A stretch of DNA of 64,000 nt, taken from Eledone cirrhosa. Its lineage: Eukaryota. The notes below the pieces were generated by a model that was not told where the DNA came from, searched no databases, and saw only the letters and a list, made by a program, of their open reading frames with translations. Location of the stretch: positions 203,608,001 to 203,672,000 of the forward strand of contig OZ024740.1 of the NCBI GenBank assembly GCA_964016885.1, read 5' to 3'. The position numbers and the translations under genes are program-made. Positions 25,040-38,129 of the stretch are shown piece by piece. The first letter of the stretch is position 1, and every line of letters begins with the position of its first letter.

Positions 25040-27140
25040 TTGCCACCACCACCAAACAAAGATTTATAACGGGATCACGTAAATTGCAGGCTCGCTGGTG
25101 GTTGACAAGACCAATATGAGACAGACCGTCCTGGCCGCAGCAGTTGCAAGAAAAATTCTGAGAACGGTGTTGTTATGCCACGTTTCCTGCAATGGCTCCT
25201 TTTGTCCTCTACATCAGCCCTGCGAGCATTCTCGAAGGAGGAAACAGACTGGTGGATGGTGTGTCGCCAGATCATATGACCAGAGGCTACATCAGACCAC
25301 TTAAGGTTGTACCTTTTTTTTTCCGACGCTCCACTTTTACGGTGGCCAGTAGGCAATTCATCATACTGTGCTATCTTGGGTAAGCGATGATTCTCCACCA
25401 AGGAAACATAATCTGCCCTGCACAGCTGCGTCTTTAAGAGCAAATCCTCGATGTTGGTGACATCTTCCTGTTCAAGAATTTCAATGTTGTGGATATTAAT
25501 GATTGTGTGAAGGCAGAACTGGTGAAAGCACTTAAGGAAATTATGGCAGTAATCCACAACAGTAAGACATACCGGAGGAGGGCCAGCACAAAAACTTCTT
25601 ACATGCTGATGTTTGTGCCTTTACTCAGATGTCTGTTGTTCCATTTTTGTACAGCCACTGAATGCACTGTTTGCTTTGCCCGTCTGTTGTCAACCTCATT
25701 TGTCGAGATCGTGCATCCAACTAACTGATGGACTGTCTTCAGCTCCGTAACACTGATGGTAATACAAGGAGAAAGGTAAATTCGTGAGGTGCAGGCTGGT
25801 GAAGAACCTTCCAGTCTGAAGACCTCAGTAGTTTCTGCAAAAATGGATGTTATACACTGCTTGGTTGATTCTGTGAGGGCAACAAGGATAGTATCATTAG
25901 CGAAGAATAATTCTCGAATGAGCTGCTCCATTATCTCGCAGTATATTGGAGTGTGACTGCAGTCAACTCAGATTAAATAAACTGCCGTCAGTAAAGTATG
26001 TGACTTTCATCTCGTCCTCCTCCATCTCAAGGCCCTATCTCGTGACTACCGTGAAGAGTATCGGCGCAATGACACAGCTCTGTTTTACGTCGTTTCCTAT
26101 TGAGAGTTGTTATCAAATCTTAATTGGCTATGCTGATTCTCATGTAGCATTCCATGATCTTCCATAGACCTTTCCTGCTCACAGTGCTGAATGCTTTGGT
26201 AAGGTCTACAAAAGTAACGTGCAGTCTCTTATTCTTTTCCCTACATATCAGTGGTGCCCCTGTTAGCTCTGAATACACACTGGCTCACTGGTAGATAATG
26301 ATTTTTCCTGCAATAAAGAGCAGAGTTATTTCCCTTCGTTCATGCACAGGGTGGTGATGACTGCATCACAAGTTTTGTCGTTTGCCTTGTTCTCAGCAGC
26401 AGACGTATATCTCCTCTCCTCTCCTCTCCTCCCCTCCCCTCCCCTCTCCTCTCCTCTCCTCTCCTCTCCTCTCCTCTCCTCTCCTCTCCTCTCCTCTCCT
26501 CTCCTCTCCTCTCCTCTCCTCTCCTCTCCTCTCCTCTCCTCTCCTCTCCTCTCCTCTCCTCTCCTCTCCTCTCCTCTCCTCTCCTCTCCTCTCCTCTCCT
26601 CTCCTCTCCTCTCCTCTCCTCTCCTCTCCTCTCCTCTCCTCTCCTCTCCTCTCCTCTCCTCTCCTCTCCTCTCCTCTCCTCTCCTCTCCTCTCCTCTCCT
26701 CTCCTCTCCTCTCCTCTCCTCTCCTCTCCTCTCCTCTCCTCTCCTCTCCTCTCCTCTCCTCTCCTCTCCTCTCCTCTCCTCTCCTCTCCTCTCCTCTCCT
26801 CTCCTCTCCTCTCCTCTCCTCTCCTCTCCTCTCCTCTCCTCTCCTCTCCTCTCCTCTCCTCTCCTCTCCTCTCCTCTCCTCTCCTCTCCTCTCCTCTCCT
26901 CTCCTCTCCTCTCCTCTCCTCTCCTCTCCTCTCCTCTCCTCTCCTCTCCTCTCCTCTCCTCTCCTCTCCTCTCCTCCCTCTCCTCTCCTCTCCTCTCCTC
27001 TCCTCTCCTCTCCTCTCCTCTCCTCTCCTCTCCTCTCCTCTCCTCTCCTCTCCTCTCCTCTCCTCTCCTCTCCTCTCCTCTCCTCTCCTCTCCTCTCCTC
27101 TCCTCTCCTCTCCTCTCCTGTTTCCGTTATCATTTACAGG
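25040..27140 (-). mobile_element. Degraded RTE (BovB-like) LINE fragment
   Basis: ELFFAND (degenerate ELLFADD), ENHRLPKI and WRHTIHQSVSSFE remnants; many stops. Confidence 0.7.
26410..27119. repeat. (CTCCT)n pentanucleotide microsatellite, about 700 bp
   Basis: Near-perfect homopyrimidine tandem repeat. Confidence 0.98.
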
Positions 27141-27689
27141 TCATAACTCTTGGTTGAAGCGGGGCCAGATTTAATGGAGGTGAGGTGTAGTATGAATTTA
27201 ATACCTGTATGTATAGCTTTCCAATTACTTCCGTTAAGGTAATTTCGATATGTCAAATTGACGTGATGGTGCTGTGTATTCTATTTTCTGTGTATGTGGG
27301 GGATCCCTGTCCCAAGGTCTAAATCCAACCCTGTGTAGGAGATAGGATTTGAACCCAAAACACACGATGTCTGATGAGATACCAGAAAACACCATGTCCG
27401 TCATTTTAACAAATCTGCCAATCCACCGCTCCTTCACTGGAAATTTATTTATCGACCCCGAAAGGATAAAGGGCAAAATTAAAAACGTCACAGTCATGTA
27501 ACAGCCATTTTGTCCGACAGGAAGCCCTGATGATTTCTTCCGAATAAAACACTTCTAGCCCTGTAGACGCCATTTCTATATATATAGGAAAAAGTATGAC
27601 CCCGACGGCAGAGCTCAAGCCGTTTCGACGGCTATTTCTGGACTAAATTAGAATTTTTAGCCTGGTGAATATATATATATAGCAAAGTA

Positions 27690-30635
27690 AAAAAAAAAAT
27701 AACAAAGAGTGGCCATTACGAACAGTGTTGCTATTAGGTTCACGCTTGAAAGAGGGGGGGGGGGGGCGGCGTTTCGGGCATAAGCCTTTCATCGGGAGAA
27801 AGGTGGGAAGGAAAAGAGTTCCGAGAGGGTTTGAGGGAGGAGTGGTGGAAAGACATTAAAATAAAGGGAAAAAAATTAAAATGAAGGAAAATTTTTTTAA
27901 TGAAAACAAGTGGTGAAAGGGTGCGAGGCGTGTAGAGGTGGTGGGTGGATGGAGGGAGAGGGAGAAGGAAAATGGGGTCCAAGCGGGGGAGGATGGAAGG
28001 TGGTGTGTGTATATGTGTGTAGGTGTACGTGTGTATGCGTGGATGTGAGTGTGAGAGTTTGGGGGGAAGACGGGTTCCATGCTAATGTATTAGGAAAACC
28101 AGTGTGTACATGGGGTGGAGTGTAAATCTGTGTGCGTGTGGATGGAGAGGGGTCGGAAGGGGTGGGGGAAAGGGAGCGTGTGGAGTATGGAGGCAGAGTA
28201 GGTGTATGTGAGGATACGCACGTGTGTGTGTGTTTTTTTGTGTGGTGTGGATACGTGGGAATGTATGGTTGCGTGTGTGCGAAAATGGTGTAAGTGTTTG
28301 TGTGTGTGTTTCTGAATGTTTTTCCGGTGTGTGGACAGATGGTGAAACATCCGGGTATTACAAGGTGGATGTCCAGTGAGTGTGATCAGTGGTATAGGAT
28401 CCGTGGAATTGGTGAGGAGGAAGTAGAAAGTTGTAGGGCGCGCGTAACAGGAAGTGGTCAAGAAGGTCAAGGCAGGGGATGGAGAAGGCAGGGCGAAGGA
28501 TGCGAGAGAGGAGATAGCAGTCAAGAGGGTAGAGGACAGTTGGCAGGTGTGGCCTGTATGTGTGTGTAGAATGTGTGTGTGCGTGTGTGTGCAGAGGTGC
28601 GGTGGACAGGAGAGGAGGTGGGTGAGTGTGAAAAGTTGAGGGAGAGGGTGGCGGTGTGTGTGTATATTAGTGGAGGTATTAGTAGGATGTGTGTGTCTGG
28701 GGGATGTGTGTTGGTAGTACGGGGGAAGAGAGAAGGTGCTGGGTACTGTATGAGTGAGTGTAATATACTGGTGTATCAGTGGAGGTTAGTGGTGGTAGTG
28801 CGGGTGTGGAGTGGGTTGTGTATCGGTGTGTACGTAGGTGTGGGTGAGTGTATATATGCTGGTGTGTTTTCGTGTGTGCGTTGTGAGGGGGAAGGTAGGT
28901 CTTGTGGAGTGTTCAGTATTATTAGTGGTGGGGTGGTTGGATGTGTGGGTGGGGGTTAGTGGTGGTAGTATGGTGCGTGCTGAGGGTGTGGGATTTGTTA
29001 GTATTATTAGTGGTTGAATTGGCAGTATCGGTAGAGGGTCGGACGCCATGCTTTCCAGCATAGTTACGTCCCTTTACGGTCTGAGTTCAAATCGCGCCGA
29101 GGTTGACTTTGCCTTTCATCCTTACGGGGTCGATAAAATAAAGTACCAGTAATGCACTGGGTAATTGCTGGCCTTGTGCCAAAAGTAGAAACAATTATTA
29201 GTGGTGGGGTGAACCAAGGCGGTGGGCGTGGCTGGAAGTGGAGGGGACTGAATCATGGGAGTGTTTTAGTGGTGTTAGTAGGGTGTGTGTGTGTAGGGGA
29301 GGAGGAGGGGAACAGTCGAAGGCTAAAGGAAAAATGGGTGGGGAGTTCAGGCCTGGGGAGGGGGGGGGGTCTGTAGGGTGAAGATGGTGTGTTGTTCGGC
29401 CCTAAGTCGGGTTTCGGGGGTCCCATGGCATTCAATCAGGCCGCAGACGGTGAGATTGCTGGCGGAGTGTCCAGCGGAACTAAAGTGGCGGGCGATGGGG
29501 GAACTTCCGCCGAGACGAATGTCCGATCCGCCAGGTGACGTCCGGTCTGTCCGACATAGGTCGTCCATAGACGAGGTTGCAGGAGGTGCAGCGGAAGGCA
29601 TGCCGGACAGAGGGAGAGTGACCATTGGGACCCTGGAAGGTGGTGGTGTTGGTAATGTGGGGCAGTGGGGTCTGGAGCAGGGAAGGTAACCGGGAAGAAC
29701 GGGTGTGTGTGGGGGGGGGGAGCTACGGACGAGGAGGTTGCGGAGGTAGCGCGCGCGTTTCAAAGGAGGGAGGGGTGTGGATGGGAAGATGGGGGAAGTG
29801 GAGGCGTCGGAAGAGGCGGAGGATGGTGCAGTGGTGGGGTAGGGTGTAGGAGTGGTAGGTGAGGGGAAATGAGAGATGGTGGGCGGGGCTGTGGAGGGAG
29901 AGAGGTGATTTGCGCGGGCGCGGGTGAAGGCGGCGTGGATGAGGGTGAGGTGGGGTGGGGCTAACCTCTCCGGGTGAAATGGCTGACCAGAGACAGGGCC
30001 TGGGTCTCGAAGTCAGCATCTCGGCTGCAGAGGCGGCGGATCCGGAGGAGTTGGGAGTAAGGAATGGAGTGTTTAGTGTGTCTAGGGTGGGGGGAGGTGA
30101 AGTCGAGGTAGGAGTGGGAGTCGGTGGGTTTGAAGAAGACGGAGGTGACGAGGGAACGGTGGAAAGGGTCGATGGCGACGAAGATGTCCAAGAAGTGGAC
30201 GTGGGTGGTGGAGATAATGGTGGTGAAGTGGAGGGAGGGGTGGAAGGAGCAGAAGAAGGAGAGGATGGAGTCGAGCTGTTCTCGGGTGAGGGTCGTGGCC
30301 CCGATGCAGTCGTCAATGTATCGACCGTACAGTTCGGGCATGGGGCCAGTGTATTGGGCAAAGATTTGGGCCCGTAGTTGGGGCCCATTCTTGTGCCCAT
30401 GGCTACCCTAGTGACCTGCTGGTACAGCTCACCCGAGAAAGAGAAGCAGTTAAGAGTAAGGACCAGCTCGGGGAGGCGGCGGAGGGTGGAGATGAAGGGG
30501 ACGGGGGAGGGGAGAAGGTCAAGGTAGTGCTGGAAGGCGCGTAGGCCGTCGGCGTGGGGGATGACGGTGTAAAGGGACTTAATATCTAGGGTGAAGTGGT
30601 GGGTGTGTGTGCCGAGTGGGAAGGTGAGGGAGTCA

Positions 30636-30636
<1 letters not shown>
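27690..30636 (-). mobile_element. GC-rich Penelope-like element remnant (RT, Cys linker, GIY-YIG and 3' UTR)
   Basis: GVAMGTRMGPNY, RYIDDC, FLDI, KPTDSHSYL, SIPYSQLLRIRRLCS and PIARHFSSAGH; frameshifted; SINE inserted at about 29010-29195; degenerate hammerhead at 27765-27800. Confidence 0.85.
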
Positions 30637-30668
<32 letters not shown>

Positions 30669-30676
30669 GTCTAATC

Positions 30677-30730
<54 letters not shown>

Positions 30731-30854
30731 GTATGAGGTGAGTTTTATTGTAGCACAATAAAGCAATGCAAATATCGGATAAGTAGCACTCAACAGTTTA
30801 TAGGACTGGAGTATACATAATATAAAATCAAAAGATGGTTAAAAGAGTTCCATG

Positions 30855-30925
30855 TATTTTATTATGCGCATTTCAAAAACAAATATCATCATGGGATGAT
30901 ATTTGCGTTCTCATCAGATAAAATA
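30855..30925 (-). ncRNA. Type I hammerhead ribozyme in PLE pseudo-LTR
   Basis: TATTTTAT-CTGATGA-[stem II containing CAAATATCATC / GATGATATTTG]-GAAA-TGCGCA-TA-ATAAAATA. Confidence 0.85.
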
Positions 30926-31160
30926 GGGAGACATGATATGAAGTTTCAAAAACACTTGCGAGCAGTGAAGTGTCAAATGAACATATGAAAAATAAAATAA
31001 GATGGATATATGAGATTGGCCAAAAGGAAAGGAAGGGGGGAAGGAAAAGGAAAGGAAGAGGAAGAAAGAATATAGATAGAAGAAAAAATAATAATAATAA
31101 GGAAAGGATGACGGAGGAGGAGTATAAGAAGGAAGGATGAGAGAGGAGGAGAAAATGAGT

Positions 31161-31191
<31 letters not shown>

Positions 31192-33610
31192 TTTAATACT
31201 GAGAAACACTGTCTCACAGAGAAAAAAAAACTGTTGTAAGATAATACATAATTAAAAAAAAATTTAGAAATTAAAAGTTAATGAGGTTTATGAATGGTGA
31301 TGTTTATGATTAAAGAAAAAGGAATTAAGAATACTATTTATTTAAGATTTATATATTGAAGGGTTTAAAAAGATGTGTGAAAAGGAATTTATTAAAATGT
31401 ATTATTAAAATAAAATATATTAAGGAGATAAGGTGAATGAAGATAAGGTTAAATGAATTATGAACTTAGAGGAATTAATTAGGTTCCAAGTTTGTTTCTA
31501 TATAGTGTAATAGGAAAAAGTAAACAATAGATTTAATACGAGCACGGAAGGAGAGAAGAAAGAAGAGATTCAAAGAAGAAAAAATATAACGTCAAAAAAA
31601 TATGTTTACAAAATTTCTCTAATGGTAATATTAGTATATATTAAAAATAAAATTTTGTATGGCCAAGAATATAAGGAAAATGCTATAGTGAGTTATAATA
31701 TGAATTAAGAAGTAATTGAGAAGTAAAAGTTGCAGATTAAAGATTAGAAATTAAAAAAGAAGAAAATTAGGGGACCGCTAACGACATAGTATGAGTAATA
31801 TTGTATAATATACTGAAATAAGGTAGAAAGATGGGCATATTTGTAAAAATATAAAAGCGTTTGAGAAAAGAAGATTTTAAACTAATTAGGTAGTAAGATA
31901 TTAGCTGTATACTTTATGGAAAGTTCTATGGGATTTATGCAAGCAGAGCGAAAATAAATCAGTACGTCTATTTATTATAGAATTAAAATTAAAGATAATA
32001 GTAAATTTCTCCGCTAGGCAGAGATTACATGTTCTGGATAGGGAAGAATTAAGGTAAGGAGAGGCGTTGCAAACTTTCCCCCAAGAAATGTTGTAGTTAA
32101 TATTTTTGTCCTTTAAGGACCATATGAGTTCTGAGAGTGCCGTGTTAGTTCTTTTAAGTTGGTATTTAAAAGAGAAATTGTGATTATAAAATCTTGCTTT
32201 AAAGGAAGTGGAAGTGGAACCAAAATAAGTAAAAGAATTAGTACCAGTTATAACCTTACATTCATACACTAAATTTTTATCAAGATATTGGTTACTAGTT
32301 CTAATAGGGCAATTGCAATTACGATTAGAGAAATTACCAGAGTTATTAGCAAGTGACCCATGATTATTTATAGAAGGAATTGGATTGGAGAAGTTACTTA
32401 CGATAGGTGCTAAAGTTTCCTGATTTAGATTGGTATTATGAATATTCGACAAAGTTACGTTTAACGTCGTATTTAAATTTACGGAATCTAGCCTAGAGTT
32501 AACATTGACGTCGGGCTTACTATTGTTATTATTATGACGCTCAGTGTTGGATGGATATAATTTATTACTTAATATTTTATTATTATGTTTAGAGATAATG
32601 TTAGAGATGCTGGAAGTGGTGGAATAAGAGAATTTAATTGTGTTTATTAAAGATCTTACTATAAACATGTGAAGGAGGGAAGCATTTATCTAAGGCCCTA
32701 AAAATAGTTTAGGAATATTACTAATAATTGTTTCTACTTTTGGCACAAGGCCAGCAATTACCCAGTGCAATACTGGTACTTTATTTTATCGACCCCGTAA
32801 GGATGAAAGGCAAAGTTAACCTCGGCAGGATTAATAGATAGAGAAAAAGGAGCGTTGTACCAAATCATATTTTTATATCTAGGTCTTTTCTTTATGTTAT
32901 TGGAATGCTTATAACTATATTACTATAAGTCCCTCGATGATTGGTTTCTTTACTGTATTTAATTTTGTCAGGATAACCGGCTCTGGAAAGCGGTCAAAGA
33001 TAAATTTATTATAAGATAGATTTGAGATTCTTTTTTCAACATTACTGACTATAGCATTTTTAACGTTAATAGGGTGGTTAGATTTAAAATTAGCATAATT
33101 TAGATTTTCATTGTCTTTATGGTAAGGGTAATATAGGCCGGTGTCAAGATTAAGGGATATATCCAGGAAGTTAGCTAGTTTGACGTTGTTTTCAAATTCA
33201 ATTTTTAGGTTATGGTGTTTAAATAGATCAAGTATATTATTCTTAATAATATTAAGGTTAACTAAGTTACAGTTTAAGACAGTAAAAAGGGCATCGTCAC
33301 GATAAATTCCACCACGAAGTTGAGGAATTTGCCGATTTAAAGAATTCAAAATAAAAATTTCAATATATAAACCTTAAATAAATAGTATTCTTAATTCATT
33401 TTTCTTTAATCATAGGCATCACCATTCATAAACCTCATTAACTTTTAATTTCTAAATTTTTTTAAAATTATGTATTATCTTACAATGTTTTTTTCAAATT
33501 TTTTCTCTGTGAGACAGTGTTTCTCAGTATTAAAGGTTATATATCTCTCTCACTCATTTTCTCCTCCTCTCTCATCCTTCCTTCTTATACTCCTCCCCCT
33601 CATCCTTTCC

Positions 33611-33678
<68 letters not shown>

Positions 33679-33816
33679 TTTCTTCTATCTATATTCTTTC
33701 TTCCTCTTCCTTTCCTTTTTTCCCAATCTCATATATCCATCTTATTTTATTTTTCATATGTTGATTTAACACTTCACTGCCCGCAAGTGTTTTTTAAGCT
33801 TCTGATCATGTCTCCC

Positions 33817-33887
33817 TATTTTATCTAATGAGAACGCAAATATCATCCCATGATGATATTTGTTTTTGAAATGCGCATAATAAAATA
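33817..33887 (+). ncRNA. Hammerhead copy with G5A core change (CTAATGA), probably inactive
   Basis: Mirror of 30855-30925 with the core mutated. Confidence 0.7.
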
Positions 33888-34079
33888 CATGGAACTCTTT
33901 TAACCATCTTTTGATTTTATATTATATATATATATATATATAGTATATGTTGGTTGTTTACCGACACCTCAGTATGCAGATTGGAGCACTCGACGAAGTA
34001 CGCAGGCTGGTTTGTTTACTCCGGAGTAATGTAAAATAAGTAAGTCAAACATGTAAAATTTGGCTTCGCTCATTATAAA

Positions 34080-34730
34080 CTAGCAGTTGTACCCGGCGTT
34101 GCACGGGATAAGGTATTTTGGAACGCGGGCCGCCAACAGACCTAATAGTGGAAAAACTGCATGCTTGGACAATATGTAAAGAAAATAAACCGAATACTCT
34201 GATGGCTGGATAATCTTTAAGATTTTCCTCGATGAAGCAGGAAAAATGCAGGTTTTCACCTAATGCGGGCCCTAGGGGATCAAGGAAATGATTTTTTTTA
34301 TGTGCATAATATGCCTTGAAATTTCGGGAAAATCGGCTAGACGTAACGCCTCAAAAAAGCCCTAAAAAGCTGAAAAAATGAAGTTTTTCACCTAATGCGG
34401 GCCCTAGGCCATAAAAAAGTTGGATTTTCTGTGCTCACGGTATGAAGAAGAGACTGACTAATACATAGTTACAATTTCAAGGAAATCGGTCTGACGTAAC
34501 ACCTAAAAAACCCCATAAAAAGCTGAAAGAAACACAGTTTTTCACCTAATGCGGGTCCTCGTGATCAAAAAGTTGAATTTTTTTTATGTGATATGCATAA
34601 AATTCCCTGAAACATAAGTAATACACATGTAAAGTTTGAAAAAAATCGGTTGGGTACTTCTCGGGTTTAACACACACATACACACACGTCCTTCCTTCCT
34701 CAGTTTTATATATATATATACATATATAGA
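34080..34730 (-). mobile_element. Non-autonomous Helitron
   Basis: On the minus strand: 5' TCTATATA...AAAACTGAGG and 3' hairpin CCCGTGCAACGCCGGG followed by CTAG|T; homologue at 53336-53948. Confidence 0.8.
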
Positions 34731-35158
34731 TTAACTAACAGCTTAAAGTTTAAGCAAAGAATCGTTGCTTTCACCATTAACGGGATCTTCTGAAACTACA
34801 AAAATCAATCTGTGAACGCAGAAGTAAATATTTCGAAAAACGTTGCAACCGAAGGAAAACAGGAAGATGATACTTTGGTTCGTGAAGACGTTCCCTGGCA
34901 ATGAACGGAAAATAGCGAACATAATACGTCATCAATGTTCGTCAGAATATCGTAATGCAGACAGCCAGGCATACAGACAGATATTATAAGAGCGGTACGG
35001 AGATGGATAACCGGCGCCTAACACCCATTTAACAACAGAAAATTGAAAAATAAAAGCCGCAGTTAATATCTTTAGACCGCAAGGAATATATAAATGAAAG
35101 TTTGAAGTCAATCGCAGTAGAAATGTGGATTTGTATAGATTTTGCAAAAATGAAGACA

Positions 35159-35244
<86 letters not shown>

Positions 35245-35278
35245 AACAACAGTTTTATATATATAGATTATAAATTCT

Positions 35279-35331
35279 CTGCTATATATATTTCGGTGAC
35301 AGCTATTATTGGCTGTGACCTCTTCAGGCAG
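35279..35331 (-). ncRNA. Type I hammerhead ribozyme (left arm of palindrome)
   Basis: CTGC-CTGAAGA-GGTcACAGC(caataata)GCTGTcACC-GAAA-TATATA-TA-GCAG. Confidence 0.8.
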
Positions 35332-35553
35332 TCCGAATTGGTGTGGAAAAGACAGGTACACATGTTGAAGTGTGTTCCACTCTGTCAATACATCGATATG
35401 TCCAGCTCTTGGGTGTGTTGTTAGTCCTCTGAGGAACTGGAATCATACCCAGGAAGACTAAAAACACACCCAGGAGCTGGACCTATCGATGTATTGACAG
35501 AGTGGAACACACTTCAACAACATGTGTACCTGTATTTTCCACACCAATTCGGA

Positions 35554-35606
35554 CTACCTGAAGAGGTCACAGCCAATAATAGCTGTCACCGAAATATATA
35601 TAGCAG
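35554..35606 (+). ncRNA. Type I hammerhead ribozyme (right arm of palindrome)
   Basis: Same motif as 35279-35331 on the opposite strand; one stem I mismatch (CTAC). Confidence 0.75.
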
Positions 35607-35669
35607 AGAATTTATAATTTATAATAAACGAGCCAAATTTTACATGTTTGACTTATATATATATATATT

Positions 35670-35719
35670 TACTAGTATCACAAAAATACTGGCCCACCCC
35701 CACACACACACACATTCTA

Positions 35720-35752
<33 letters not shown>

Positions 35753-35790
35753 CACATATATACATACACACGCGTACATTAACATACAAA

Positions 35791-35855
<65 letters not shown>

Positions 35856-35950
35856 CTCCGTATAAGACAAGAGCTGAAAAATATCTTTTAACATGTTAAA
35901 ATATCCCAGACACATTCCTACTGACCATCCCTCTACTACGAATTACTCTG

Positions 35951-36029
<79 letters not shown>

Positions 36030-36560
36030 TCTTAATAGGCATTTGAACTGTCAACAGGCTGCGGTTCGCACACACATCCCTGCTGACCATTATCACAACA
36101 ACGAACCTCTTTACTACTACTACTACTACACACACACACACACACACACATATTTGTTTTGAAAGACTTATTTTTCAGAGACTTCTCAATCAGCCGACAC
36201 AAACCTACATTTGGCGCAAAATCAATTTTTAACATTCACATGACCTCTACCGACCAATCAAAATTGTTTTGACCACAAGAATTTTTGCAACACCAATTGG
36301 CGAGAAACTTATTTTAATACATCTGGAGCCACTTTTTCCACATAAAACAGGTAGAATTTTCCAAACTAATCAGATTAGAGCAAACAACACGGGCGCTCTA
36401 TCTCAAAATTATTTTTGAAAAGCATTAGAAATGCGCAACCGGTAAAACTTAAAACCAAAACTGAATACTAACCAATACTATTACTAATTTTCACTTATTC
36501 CTAATTAAACTATTTTTCACTGTGAACAATTTATCAGCATTTTCTTTTCCGTTTACCGAT
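35670..36560 (+). repeat. About 900-bp dispersed repeat, probably PLE 3' UTR / pseudo-LTR; inverted homologue at 57690-58545
   Basis: Block-by-block reverse-complement similarity; (CA)n-rich; carries CCAAT, GAGCCACTTTT and a hammerhead-like motif at 36412-36447. Confidence 0.75.
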
Positions 36561-36786
36561 ATATATATATATATATTTCGTTTCTGAATTTGTTTAGCAA
36601 GATTCTTTATCTGAAAACGTGTGTTGAAACCGATATTGTTATACTTTGGGAATGTCATGTTGCCAATAAGAAACACACGCACCAGTTGCTTTCACTTCAA
36701 TTTATTATAATAAATTTATAAATTTAGGAATTTATAAATTTCCGGTTGGTTGGTTGGTTCCACAACCAGATGGTTGTTTATATATT

Positions 36787-36829
36787 GTCAAAGTTCTTTC
36801 GTCACACATTCTGTGACCTCTTCAGTGAC
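36787..36829 (-). ncRNA. Degenerate minimal hammerhead
   Basis: GTCA-CTGAAGA-g-GTCACA(gaatg)TGTGAC-GAAA-GAAC-TT-TGAC; stem III not palindromic and one extra G. Confidence 0.6.
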
Positions 36830-36934
36830 TGGGGATTCTTTTCTTTGTTTTTGTGCCTCTCCTTTGTTCTGTCTTACGCCATCGTGATATATATATATAT
36901 GATATATATATATATCTAATATATATATATATAC

Positions 36935-37420
36935 TAGCTGAAGTACCCGGGGGCGGGGGTATTCCCAGTTCCCATTAAAATGCCCAATGCCTCTCTGACC
37001 AAAAATGAAATCAAAATATAAGGACAGATAATCAAAAGCGAAGACAAATTCATTTACGAAACAATAATACAAACAAATATTGTTGATTGCATTGGTCAGG
37101 CGAAAACATGTCTGTCAGAGAAGTTGAGTGGTGCTATAAGGAAAAAAAATAGAACCCCATTAGGGGGTTTCATTGCTGAAATTTTGTGAATAGGCATCAT
37201 ATCTTGTCATTTACCTATGGTTTAGATTTCATATAAATTGAAGGGAAAAAATGTTCCGTGGGGGTTTGTGCCCCCTTTGATTAAAATGAAATATACTTAT
37301 CTAAGTACCCTGGGCAATGTAGTTTCAGAATATATATGGTTATAGGGGTCTATCTCCAAAACTATTGGAGGACTTCGTGAACAAACAAACAAACAAGAAC
37401 TACAACTTTATATACATAGA
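36935..37420 (-). mobile_element. Non-autonomous Helitron-like element
   Basis: Minus strand starts TCTATGTATATAAAG and ends GC-rich CCCGGGTACTTCAGCTAG|T; internal blocks are repeated at about 37650-38010. Confidence 0.55.
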
Positions 37421-38129
37421 TGTGTATATTAACCAAGAGTTGCATAACCCATTGGTTTCCTGTTGATTGTCATAAAACAATTTCAATTTTCTTGTTTATC
37501 TAACAAAGACAAAAATTAATAAACAAAAAAGCCACAACACCACCACCACCACCACCACCGCCCCGCCACCATGACCACGACGATGACCACCACCACCACT
37601 ACCACCACGACCACCACCACGACCAAAACCACCACCACAACCACCAAAAATTTTCAGCGGGGGTTTTCAGCGGGGTTTTGTGCCCTCTTTGATTAAAATG
37701 AAATATACTTATCCAGGTACTCTGGGCAATGTACTTTCAGAATTTGGGGGTCTATCTCCAAAACCATAGGAGGAGTTCGTGAAATCTTGTTCCATTTATT
37801 GGCCAACATTTTCACTATAGGGGGTTTCACCCCCATTAGGGTGTCTTAATATTATTGAAATTTGCTGAAATTTTGTGAATAGGAATCATATCTTGTCATT
37901 TACCCATGGTTTAATTTTTTATATTAATCGAAGGGAAAAATTAAGCGGGGGATCTCAGCGGGGTTTGAACCCCCGGGGAACCCTTTGATTAAAATGAAAT
38001 ATACGTAAGAAATCAAATGGGCATGAGCCCCACACACGTGTCAAGTTTCATCAAGATCTGTTCGGTAGTTTTTGAGTTTTAGGTCCACAAACAAACAGAC
38101 AGAAAGTGCCATTTATGTATATATATTAT

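Larger units (their letters stand above)
30730..33930 (-). mobile_element. AT-rich Penelope-like element, 5'-truncated, with inverted pseudo-LTRs
   Basis: RT remnant GIYRDD / FLDISLNL (32915-33349); GIY-YIG LVYECKV...YFGST...CNLCLAEK (31901-32668); about 30820-31370 is mirrored at about 33370-33925. Confidence 0.88.

Noticed and set aside
26342-27157. Long ORFs of SSPLL/GEERR repeats
   Set aside because: Translations of the (CTCCT)n microsatellite.
36606-36640. CTGAAAA...GAAA-CCGA-TA motif
   Set aside because: No stem I pairing and an uncompensated core change.
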